NCBI GenBank assembly: GCA_964247055.1
Contig: OZ176056.1
Coordinates: 4,774,001 to 4,838,000 of the forward strand
DNA length: 64,000 nucleotides
DNA from: Paragordius varius
Taxonomy: Eukaryota > Animalia > Nematomorpha
Direction of reading: 5' to 3'
Both the position numbers and the translations under genes were made by a program. Each line of letters opens with the position of its first letter. The stretch's first letter is position 1. The notes beneath the pieces are model-generated. The model saw only the letters and a list, made by a program, of their open reading frames with translations, ran no database searches and was not told the origin of the DNA. Below are positions 12,040-23,811 of the stretch, one piece after another.

Positions 12040-12260
12040 AATATATATTTTGTTTGTATACTATAATCTTTTGTGAGATTTGCATTGTCTTATTTTTATA
12101 TTTTTTTGTACTATGTAAATATCATATCCTTTGTTACTCGAAATTTTATTGTTATCATGCAAATTATGTTCACTTAAAAATAGTATATATAAACACAAAA
12201 AACCGAATAAATATCTTTTGAAGTTTTACGTTATATCTTAGTTACCTTTTACAAATACCC
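12040..12260 (+). repeat. Fragment of dispersed repeat R1
   Basis: Highly similar to 28840-29010 (gtgagatttgcattgtcttatttttata...aaaaaaccgaataaatatctt). Confidence 0.75.
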
Positions 12261-13599
12261 ATATTATTGGAATTATAAATTACGTATTGGAAAATATTTA
12301 GAATTGGTAAATGTTTTTTATTTATTTAATGAAAAGCCATATTTTTGAATTGTGCTATAAAGCAGAATATTATATAAAAATAACTACATTTTATTACATG
12401 GGTCATTGTAAAGAATATGTTCGAATCGGTGAAACAAGCAGCTCATTGTTAGTATTGATCTATCTTAGGATGTCGGATTTATTTTAATACAATTATAAAA
12501 GATTCGGTAGTCCATACATTTTTTCTAATATCTTTATATATAAAAAAATTGCATGCTTAACACAGTACAGCAGAATTTAAAGTAGGGTGGTTTAAGTTGT
12601 TCTTGTGAAAAATATACATCATGCTATATTATATATTTGTGCTTTCATCATTAGCAGATCTTTATAAAAAATAAAGTTTAATTTTCCATACAAGTACAAT
12701 TTAACAGCAAAATTTTATATTTTTATTAGTTAAAATTCACAAAAATCTTGGCGGAAAAAGCCATTTTTATATTTATTAACAACATAATATGGAGATCGTA
12801 AATATTAGCCTTCCATTAAATGAAAAAAAGGCCACCAAAAAATTTGTGAATTTGAATTATAAATTCCCTATCCTGGCTAATGGATAAGAAGGAGTTAAGA
12901 TAATTAGCTTGATCAAATTGCAATTGGTTGCCCTCTCCAGGCCTTAAGTTCTCTGTTTTCTCTTTCTTTATCACTCGTCTTAAAATCTTAAAATATCACA
13001 GAGTATGCTTGTGTTCATTATGAATGATAAGTCCTTAACAAGGACGATACGCGTCTCACACTATAATTGTTTATTTAAAATATAAAAATTAACACATCTA
13101 TAAATGTTTAAGGAATATATTTATTTGATACTTTTGCCTTGAAATATAATTTAAATGTGGCTCTTTAAGCCATTTGTGTTAGACACCCCTGATTTAAGAT
13201 ATATTCTTTAGCGTTTTGGCGCATTAAACAATATTATTTATAAAACAATTTTCATCTCTAACTTTTCACCGCCATTCTATAATTTTTAATCGCTAATGCA
13301 ACAGGCTAATAATTGCATATTATGGTTAAAAAATGTAAATAATTAACTTTAAAAACATCAGCGAAAACATGATATATATTTTTATATGAGCTGTTGTTTC
13401 AATCGCGATAGAGATGTTTTGCTTTTGGACTTTAGAAGTCACAAATCTGTAAAAAAATATATGCTTTTTTATCTAATACACGAGAACAATGTACAATTTA
13501 TAACTTTCAAAACAGTAGTTTAACTTAGTATCGATCTCTTAGATATACAACTACCCCAATACGAACTAGGGCAAAAAATTAAAACATGAAGTGTTCGGC

Positions 13600-13870
13600 A
13601 ATATAACTTTCAACAATTTTTCTAAAACAATTCAAATTCACCGCAAATATATATTATGTGTTCTAACATAACTTATCACTAATATGAATTATATTTTTAT
13701 CACATAGTTTATTATTATTTCAGCATTATATTAATTTTAAACAGAATTGCACATTTTAAAAATATTAAAAAATATGGTAAGTTTTAATCTTAAAGCACAT
13801 AATTCAATTTAGGGTGAATTGAATTGACGAGGTTGAATTTGAGTTTTTCAAGGGTGAATTTGAACTGTAA
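13600..13870. mobile_element. MITE family A copy in an intron of the RTK-like pseudogene
   Basis: Left arm ttcaaattcaccgcaaatatatattatgtg, right arm gggtgaattgaattgacgaggttgaatttg...gggtgaatttgaactgta. Matches 50021-50255. Confidence 0.65.
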
Positions 13871-16800
13871 ATAATATACTAACATGTGATACATCATCAT
13901 AGGTAGGACTCCGGATTCGTAGTTTTCGTACCACGAAATTCATATTTATAATATTTATACTTGGTAATCTGACGCAATTTTATTACGTAGTGCAAATGCC
14001 CTTGTGTACAACTAATGATTTTACTGATCATTAAAAACTGGCCTTTGCCGTTTGCGCATTTTCATGCCTAAGCCAACACCGTGGGTAGGTGGCAATATTA
14101 ATTTGTTGGCATAACATATGATATAAAACATGTTAAAACATATATTGCACATACCTGTTGGTTTAAGGACATGAGTTTCAATTGGGCCAAAGAAGTCTCC
14201 ATTGTAACCACTAATACATATTTTCCTGGTCGACGCATTTAAAATCATCCAAGGTCCGGATGTAAATAACCAAGTTTCGCAGTTTTCGTCTTCAGATATG
14301 TTAAATGAAATGGCATTGGAGTATACTATTTGAATTATTGGTTTTCGATCCGTAGAAGCAAAGTAACGTGGTTCTCTTAGCTGTATTATTTCGGATAATA
14401 TAGGTGCTATGTTATAAGAATATATGTATATTATGTATAGCAGTGCCATAAGAAATTAAAATTAATTTTTACTCAATAATAATTGTATTAGTATGAACGC
14501 GACCCATTAAAAACAAAAACTTTTGATATTTTGTTAAGAGAAAAATCTGGGGCTATTCATCCGAATCATTTTTAAATTTTAATATAATTGATAGAATTAT
14601 AACTACAATTAATAATAAATAATTAACGATGCATATTTAATGTTATTTTCATTTAAAATTTACTTTTAGGTATAGTATAATTGGCTTCTCCTCGCTCGTT
14701 GTATGCAGTAAAAATTAATTTATTTGATTGAAGCAGCTCATATGTAATGAAATACTTTGGTTTAATATTATTCTTAAACATTTTTCCATTAGGGGTTAGT
14801 GAATACGATACTCCGTAATATTCTGTTCAAGATAGGTTTACACCATTTTTTGCGTCGTAAAATGTATATTGGCTTTCGGCATGACTAAAGGAAAAAAAAG
14901 TAAATGGATATACATTAATTTTAGTTAAATATATTCACCTTCCTTTTATACTGAATAACTAACATGAAAAAGATACTAATGTTAATGATAATAATTTGAA
15001 AATATTGCAATTTTTTAATTTAATCTTTGCATAAAGGAAAAATGAATTAATTTTAAGTAAGTCTAAGTTATTATCAGGATTTTTAGATTTGTCATATTTA
15101 ATTTGCGATCATTTCGTACAAATTTTATACTGTTTTAATATTAAAACAGGTATAATACTAAAATACATTATTTAGGCTCCTTTATCATATCTAATGTTAT
15201 ATTTTATGAAATTGGATTTTAAAGAGAACCATGCGGTAAAAAATTAGGGCAACCATAGTGAAAGTAGACTCCCTATAATAAACTATAAAATCAATATTTT
15301 AATATTGATGCTAATTACCTTGCAATCGTCTGAATTTTAAGTGGAAGTAAGTTAAAATTGCTTAAAGTTGAAAACATCTTCAAACTCACATTGTGATAAA
15401 TTTATGTAATTACCTAACTAAGAGAAGACATGAGCAAAAGTGAGCAGACGATCGATTTGATATAGACCCCATTTTCATTTGATATTAAACTATATAAGCA
15501 TTTCGATTCCGCAAAAAGGTAGCATTTTATTTTATCACTCGGTTATATCAAATTTTCTGACTTCGAAGAACATTTTCGGAAGGCTAAGCATGTTTTGTTT
15601 CATCAAAAAAAAGGTTTTAAAAAAACATTCATTTTAACACTTGCTATACCGAATAAAACACGTAAAAATGGTTTCAAAATCAAAAATTGTATTCAAGAAC
15701 CGTGGTCTTTCTGGTTGACCACATAAGTGCTAAGACGATCAGGTACAATAGTTATTGGATATAAGGACTCAATTCAAAATCAACAGCAATCAATAGCATT
15801 CCATGTTTAGATATTCAGCAGGCGTCTAGTAATGGGATTGACCAAACTTGGTAAAAAAGGTCTTACACAATTTAAATAAGCTTGAAAATTATTAAGTGAC
15901 TTCCGAAATCCTGCTTAAGCGTCATGAGATTTTTTTGCACTAAATGTGACTGATGATGAAAAATAGCTTCATTTGCAAAACGAAAAAAATCGTCTTGCCA
16001 AGAATCCATCCACACCATAACTAAATCGCTCTGGAAAAGCCATTTTCGTTTGGTGAGTTTAGCTAATATTTTTATAATGTTTGGAACTATGGAAACCATT
16101 AATAAGCAACTGATAAATTTAAACGATGCATTACTCAAAAAACCTCCCCAATGAGCCAGAAATTACAAAGTGATCCGCTACGTAACAATGTTCCGTCTCA
16201 CATAGCATTGATTCACGCCTTATTATCTTCGCATCCGCTCTCCTCAACTTATCTGATTATTACATCTTTACATCAATGAAGCTCAACCTAACTTTACTTC
16301 ATTAATTTGGGGGACATTGAAAAATGATTCAACAAATGTATTCCTATTAAAGAAACTATTTTTTTAGTATAGTATTTATATTTGATCTTCAAGGGCGAAA
16401 TGTGAAGCCGTGTACACTATTAAACAATAAATGATTCTCTCATTTATCTATTTTAACCAGAAAACAGTAAAAACTTATGACTACACCTTTATATATATAT
16501 TATATAGATTTAGATAATATGCATAAGTGGAAATGTAGTATAATTAATTTCCAATATATATATTTATTCTGTAAAATCTTATGTAGAAAAAGAATTGACT
16601 TTATTTTTTATATATGGATTGTTATACATAAAACCCAAAGCGAAAATGGTGCCAAAATAATTTTATCACAGCAAAAATATTTATAATATAAAAATATTCG
16701 GGGACTGTTAATATATATATCTTGCTAATATTTTTAAGTCATATATTGGGTACGTTCTTAATATCTAGTAAGTGTATGGTAAAATAAATAGAATTTTATC

Positions 16801-18070
16801 CGCACAATTTTATTCATATTTGAAGCAAATCGTAATGTTTTAGCTAATATTTAGGCCCCCAAGACCCTGCTGAAATACGTCAGATTGAATAACATTTAGC
16901 TTATAATTTATGTTTCCACAACATATTAACGAATAAGTTTTTGTTGTTACTACCTTTGTTTTTTATTTTTTTGCTCTGGTGTAGGATGAAGATGCGATTT
17001 ATTTTAGTCAATTATAAATTACGAAAAACTTTTTCTAGCATTTTAACCGTATTATCGATCATTTTATACGTATCTTAAAGCTTTTAGCTATTGGCGATAT
17101 ATTTTTCATAGCATCAATTATTAAACCCCGTTTTGTTGCCAGTGGTTTTGACCATGGCTTCCCTAGTCATTTAATAAATTTATCTAGCATAATTCCTTTT
17201 GTAATAATATATAAAAGTTAATAAACCTTTTTTCATTTATCTTATATATATTAACATTCAGAATTTGAAATATAGTCATCCGGAATAAATATTAGCGAGA
17301 ATACAGGTCTGACAATTTTACAATTATAGGAGGGATTTAACAATTAATCTTAAACGTAAACTTATGAATTATGATCATATATGCTTAGTGGCCCCTTCCG
17401 TCATAACTCCCGGGAAAAACATGGCTCAATATCGACTTCATAAATGTTCATGGAAAAAAATAAATTAAACCAACCAAATTTTAATCTATACAATTTTAAA
17501 AATATAAATTTTTTATCGAATTTTTGCCTCGCGTGGCTCTAAAACACCCCTAAACTTGTTTGGGGGTAGATATCATTTACTTAGCACGATGGGTTTTAGA
17601 TGAAATTTGAAAAAGTGCATAATAATCCGTATGAACTCATAAGATTATACTAAAAATATTAACCTGAAATATTCATGCCTTCTCAACAATATTTCATTAG
17701 AGAATCGAGTGGTGTGATACAAATAAAATAATATGCCGTAAAATCTGGAGGTATCATATGTATGTAAGGTGTTAGTTGGTTAGCATTTAATAATAAATTA
17801 ATTTCCTCGTCTGCTTTAATAGAAACATTATAAATTTGATTCCGTTCCACAACTGGTGAAAAATCAGTTATAATCCGATTGGGATAGAGTTTGGATACTA
17901 CAGGATCTTTATAAATAAAACATATTATTAATATAAATGGTCGTAATATAACAGTCGCTTTCATTTATTAAGAAATTCCGCTAAATAAGTAACAACTAAA
18001 CGTTGTCATTAAATTGATTAATTTCACGCATTTTTAATAATAATCATAAGCAATTTTTGTATGAGTACTG

Positions 18071-18103
<33 letters not shown>

Positions 18104-19525
18104 TGTTATTCATTTCAAGATTATATACTATATTATCGCATCTTTTGTTGCACCCTGTTTGCAAGCAAAAAGAGTCGATTATTATATGATAGCTTATAAC
18201 CAGCGATGCCGCAAAAATGTAATTTGTTTTTTATTATATTCGTAAAATCAAAATTGGGCAAAATTCGGGAAATTAAATCTATTCAAGGAAAAAATAATCT
18301 AAACTTGAGATATTTAATTATTTATAAATATAAGATATTTACATATTTAATAGCTTAACATCATATAATTAGGGTTTCATTAAAACTCAGATCAAAAATC
18401 CTGTTTAAACCTTTAACATATTTCTTACACAATTAAAATGTTATGAACTTAAAAATTTTTTAACTTTTAATTTATTAACATTTATAATTTATACTAAAAA
18501 CGAATATATTAAATAAAATTAATAAAATATTGTTTTAATTTTCATTTATTGCCACTATGAGCGAGTGTATAATAAAATAACTGTTTTATTTTGGAATTTA
18601 TATGAGCAGGAATCATAATCTATATAAATTAATGCAAAATAGGATTTACAATTAATGTAATTTCAACCAATATCCGTAAATCTCAGTAAAAATATTATAT
18701 GTTCAAAATCTGTATGCAGATTGTTGAATTCCACTTACCGCTCAGGTAGGATTCCAAAATAAAACAGTATTACTCAAAATAAATATAATTTATTAATCTT
18801 ATATGTATTTTATTGTGTTAAATTAAATGATAAGATTTTGATGCTAAGTTTAAATTTTCTCTTATGTCAACCAGGTCATCTATAAATTAATTTTTTTGGC
18901 CAAATGAATTCGCTGGGCTATCTAAGAAAAAATTTTTTACGCAGTGACACAGGGTGTAAAAAACTTAAATTTTTAATTTTTTCCAGAGCCCTAAATATGG
19001 ATAGCTACAGAACACGATTCAAAAGCACAACTGATATCGAAATCAATTACGAAAATTTGGTGTTAAATCGTAATTAGAGCCTTCTAAAGTTAATTGCTTA
19101 CGTTGTTCAACCAACATATTTATTTATTGCATGTTGTACTAGCGATTTAAATAATTAAAAAAATGGCGTCTAAAAAGTATTAAATAAGGATTTTTTACAT
19201 AAAATTTATTTTTTTAAGCGTCTATAAAAGGTAAAAGGAGGAGGGTGTATATTACCCCAAAATGTCAGGAGTATTAAAAGAAAGCAAGCTTCAATAATTC
19301 TAATTATGAGATGTGAGTCCCGAACGTCATATATATTTGACGCCTTCTAAAATAAACTAAATTTTGCGATAAGAATTTTGCATATATGGGATATAACATT
19401 AAATAAAATTATATTAAAAGCCTAGTTTGGTTAAAAGTTATAATTTTATAAAATTTTGATGCGTATTTTAAGATGTTTTGGAGTATGGAGAAACGGTACA
19501 ACAAACCTTTGTATATATACCCCTT

Positions 19526-19528
<3 letters not shown>

Positions 19529-19581
<53 letters not shown>
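19529..19581. repeat. (TA)n microsatellite
   Basis: Uninterrupted TA run. Others are at about 18073-18098, 47162-47191, 53678-53702, 54158-54186, 55227-55260 and 63149-63178. Confidence 0.95.
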
Positions 19582-19583
<2 letters not shown>

Positions 19584-21179
19584 TTGATGTTGAACATTTA
19601 ATTAAACCTCAAAACCTATTCTAACATTTGGCATTCAGATATTTTCAAATTCCTTAAAGTGTTTTTTTCATTGCATCTAAAAATATGTTCAACATATTGC
19701 GAAACAATTATATATTAAAAATGTTGTTATCTCATCCGCATTCCGTTTTTTAAGATAACTAGACCATTTAACGGTTTAAATATTTTGAGACTTGGACCAC
19801 GTTTTTTAAATTAAAATATTAAGATATTGTTCTGCTTTAAAATATAGTTATGTAATACTATAATATTTTTGAAATAAAGCATTTAGCCTAAAGATGCTCA
19901 GCATCACACTGCTTCCTATGGGGGGTAACAAAAAGATACCCTGATATAATATTATTTCGATAAGGATTTATATTTTGGTGCCCCTTTTACTTACGAGCAA
20001 TATAGAACACTTTTTTACTATACTTAATATAGAATTGACAAAATCTGCACACATTTTTTCAGATAATTTTTTTTTGAAAGCTATAAGCTTCATTTAAAAT
20101 ATATAATATATAATAAACTACTAATAAAAAGCCAAACAATTATTTTAAAAGAATTAGTTATAGGATTGGGGCTCCAAAAGTCCCAAACTTTTTCGTTCTT
20201 TTATAATGGGCTGTTCTCTTACAATAAAGGCAAAAATGCCGAGGCGCAATAAATATGATAAATTAAGCTAAATTTTATTAACTAAAATTATTTTTTGCAT
20301 CCTTTTTTTTCAAAAATTCATTTTTAACATTGTTGGAACCTATTTCGTACAATTTTATAATAGAAACCGCATAAAAACACTTTACTTTAATTCTATATAA
20401 TTTGATGATGCTGAACACTACTTACGCAAAATTTCAATTCAAAGCTTTTCCTTTAAAATTTAGATGTAATTTTGTAAAAAAATATTTAAGATAAATTATA
20501 ACGTATATTTAAAGTTTGAGATATTAAAAATGTTTATCATTATTATATGAACAATATTTTTCAATATATATTCTAAGTGTTTTTATCCCGTTATCATACC
20601 AAAAAATAGTATGAATATGAGACAGAATATTAACATAATATAATAGTTAATTTTTAAAAATTTAAAACTGCAGTTTTTAAATAATATTTTAAGTTATAAT
20701 TTAGGATAAAATTAAATTTTTCAGCGCGCTCAGCATCTTTGTGTCATTAAAACACTTTGATTCAATTTGGATATCTAAACACCCAAGACCTAATTAAATT
20801 TAAAATGTAAAAAAAAACTACTGAAGGAAACAGTCCTAATTAAAATTTATGCTTCTATCCCAATAAAAATTATATAAATAAGCTAATATATCTAAATAAT
20901 ATTTAATTTGAAAAAAATTTTCATGTCCAACTACTTGGACGCAATTTTTGTTTTGCAAATTTTTTTCAAAATATCGTGTTCATTTATTTTCAAGGTATAG
21001 TAAAACTAATTTTTTATTTAAATCATATCTAAAATTGATATTAATAAAAAAAGTGGTTTTTTTGTATTAATCAATGATATGCCACGTTGACTAAATTTTT
21101 ACCTTTATTTACCTTTAAATAAGTAATATCAAGTATTTTTTTTTGAAATTTTTTTATATATTTCGGTTTATTAATGTTA

Positions 21180-21655
21180 TATAAGTGCAAAGTTTTGTCA
21201 TGGTTTATATTCCTTCCATAATTCTTAACACTTGGATACAACACATTCATTTTAGTCCTTCGATTCAAATTGGGGTAGTTAAATACCCATGGCCTGTTTA
21301 AAATTAAATTATTTGAAAAATATGGAAGGAATCGAAACCATTGCAAAATTTTGCACTTATATAACATTAATAAACCAAAATATATCAAAAGTTTTATTCA
21401 AAAATACTTGATTTTACTTATTTTAAAAGCGAGAGGTAAATATTTAGTCAACCTAACATCTGTGCAATGATAAAATTGAAAAATATTACAAAATAAACGG
21501 CTTTTTCTATTTTTATCAATGTTATATGTAATTTAAATAAGATATTAGCTTTAAATTTACCCTAAAATTATTAGAAGACGATATTTTGCAAAAAAAATTA
21601 AAATAAAAATGGCGTCGAAGTAGTTTGAGATGGAAGTTTTTTTCAAAAAAATTTT
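21180..21655 (+). repeat. Dispersed repeat R2, copy 1
   Basis: Aligns by eye with 31260-31665 (ttaacacttggatacaacacattcatt...aaattggggtagttaa...tttgcacttatataacattaat...tagtttgagatg). Confidence 0.8.
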
Positions 21656-22399
21656 TGCAATACCTTGAAAACATAATTCAATCTTTTGGTAAATTGGATA
21701 AATAGTTTCAAAAACATATATGCATATAAATCTAGCCTTTTCTCATTTATTAGATAATATTTTCCCACGGCCAATTCGATATAAGAAATTAATTTTTATA
21801 GTGTCGAATCCTCATACAAGTTTGTAAGAAACCGCCCATTTATTTGATAAATTCACGTTTAGTACTCATTAGCAAATACAGATTGAATGTAGTTGATATA
21901 AAACACGTCAATTTTAGCAAAATATGTTTTAGTAACTCAAATTCCTGTTTTATTAAACATATAAAATTTTTGTTAGTATATAAAAAAATATGCATTAAAC
22001 CTAATGTCTTTTTATTATAACATGATGCAATTGTAAAAATAGATTTACGGTTTATACGCGGAATTCAATTATGCTATTAGGGAAAAATGTGGTTATTTTT
22101 ATTTTATATTACATCTTAATGGGAAACGTTTTAGTTCAGGACCTGATACGGGTATATAGATAATATGAAAAATAATTAAACATGAATAAACTTCTGTTTG
22201 TAGTAGAGATGAAGAAATATAAACATAATATTTTACAATGATAAAATATTCATTCTTTAATTGTTTGATAAAACTTAATATTTAGGTTTCGAATTTCATT
22301 ATATTAATTTATGCTTTTGAAACTGATTGCTTATTTTAATTTGATTTAAAGGATCAAATTTTTTAATCATAAATTATAGTTAGAATTAAATATTAGTCA

Positions 22400-22790
22400 T
22401 TTTAATATGCGGATAAAATTTTAAAAGGCGATAGCAGTTTAAAAAATCTTTCACAATTTAAATTTTTTGTGAAAAGGAAAAATATAATTGATGTATTTTT
22501 ATATTATTTTTGCAAATAAGTTATCTTAATTCCTATAATTTTCAAGTAAGATCCAACATGTTCTATATGTGTAAAATAATTATTTTCATTTATAAACATT
22601 TTTTTTCAAAAAATTGAAATACACGTGTTTTAATTTTAATACAATACCACCGGTTATTAAATAAAAAAATTGGTCTGGCATTGAAAACCAAATAAAAGAT
22701 TAAGAAGAGATATATTCAGTTTATATGTTAATTTAATTTATAATACCGTCGATTGATCTGAAAGAAACATCACCGCTAGAAGATACTAGA

Positions 22791-22852
<62 letters not shown>
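22400..22852 (+). repeat. Dispersed repeat R1, copy 1, ending in (TA)n
   Basis: Shares its start (atatgcggataaaattttaaaag) and its near-identical end (taccgtcgattgatctg.aagaaacatcaccgctagaagatactagatc(TA)n) with 28560-29152. Confidence 0.8.
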
Positions 22853-22855
<3 letters not shown>

Positions 22856-23811
22856 ATAATTAAATAAATTTTCTGATAACTGTTTTTCTTTAAATTCTTT
22901 TATTAAGTGAAAGTCCGACGATAACTTATAATTTAAAAACTGTTTTATTTTTACAAGTTATATGACGATAGAAAATTAATAATAGCAAATGAATGCTCTA
23001 AATTTTTATTTTAAATTTTTATAGATTATTTGTCCGCGCAAGGGCTTACATTGGACCGTGCCGACCCCAGCCGCAGAGTATGTTTAAAGGAAACTAAAAT
23101 CATGATTTTATAAGAAAAACTTTCAATTTTTAATCCTAATTTAACCTTTCGTCATAGCGTAGGTTTAAAAAAATTTGATAATTTAAAATTTTATTATAGG
23201 TGATGCCGCTTTTATAGTTGAAAAATTTTATATATAATTTTTAGCTCTGAAAACCGCCTTGACGTAACGGGAATATAAAAATAGTTTATCCTTTAATAAT
23301 AATAAAAGAATTGAATAATAGCCATACCTTTATTTACTGGCAAAATTCCAGATCCGCTCACAGGTTCTTCTGTATAATTAAATAGGCCATTTAATTTTTT
23401 TTGGTACAAAATAATTACATCAGTTTTGCACAAAATAAATTTCTTAGGTTACAAAAATATCCTGTTAAAAGATACATTAAAGGAAAATAGAACAATATTA
23501 TCATGGTGCTTTTGGTTTTAATTGCATGTGATTAAATCGTCAATTTTGTGGTAAAACCTTCATAAAATGGGGGAAATTTGCACACATGATAAATAAAATT
23601 TTTGGCGAAAAAATGCTTCATTCCAAAAATATCAAGATATATTATTACTTATAACAATCCAAACAATATTTTTATAAAAATTAAAATTTTAGTGGTTTGA
23701 AAGTCCTAATTTTTCTCGTTCTAAAATAGGTTAGTTTTTACAATGAATGCAAATTTATAGCAATATGTTTATTTTTTGATACATGATGAAAACATGATGA
23801 AAAGCTTAAGA

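Larger units (their letters stand above)
9626..17964 (-). pseudogene. Unprocessed pseudogene of an FN3-like ectodomain plus kinase-like (receptor tyrosine kinase-like) protein
   Basis: Phase-compatible GT-AG exons: 17964-17664, 17162-17070 (GKPWSKP), 15272-15167, 14884-14664 (LS*TEYYG...TAYNERGE), 14406-14155, 13060 to about 12700, 11506-11264 and 11203 onward (EKLAVK...RFLLEI). Further kinase-like pieces follow at 10590-10601 (ADFK) and about 9650-9780 (RLSSPS...YMKC). There are at least eight in-frame stops and one 8-bp frameshift. Confidence 0.7.

Noticed and set aside
14012-14038. Candidate 27-nt GT-AG intron in the RTK-like pseudogene
   Set aside because: A different frame entered at a nearby acceptor gives an equally or more plausible peptide (LRQITKYKYYKYEFRG). 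No homology anchor favours the micro-intron.
14822-14845. 21-nt micro-intron removing the TGA in exon 14884-14664 (and a 42-nt one around 17683)
   Set aside because: These are formally possible GT-AG pairs, but they would delete the FN3-like LS-W position, and many other stops would remain.
9626-17964. Stop-codon reassignment (TGA/TAG read as Trp) explaining the stops in the RTK-like gene
   Set aside because: TFIP11, SLC45 and LysM (over 2400 codons) have no internal stops, use TGG for Trp and end in TGA/TAG. The locus also has TAA stops and a frameshift.
17907-17964. MKATVILRPFILIICFIY as a definite signal peptide/start of the RTK-like gene
   Set aside because: An AG acceptor at about 17909 could equally make this stretch intronic. 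The coordinate is kept only as an approximate 5' boundary.
18730-18790. Strong minus-strand donor GCG|GTAAGT as an additional 5' exon of the RTK-like gene
   Set aside because: No open frame or start codon could be attached. It may be a UTR exon or chance.
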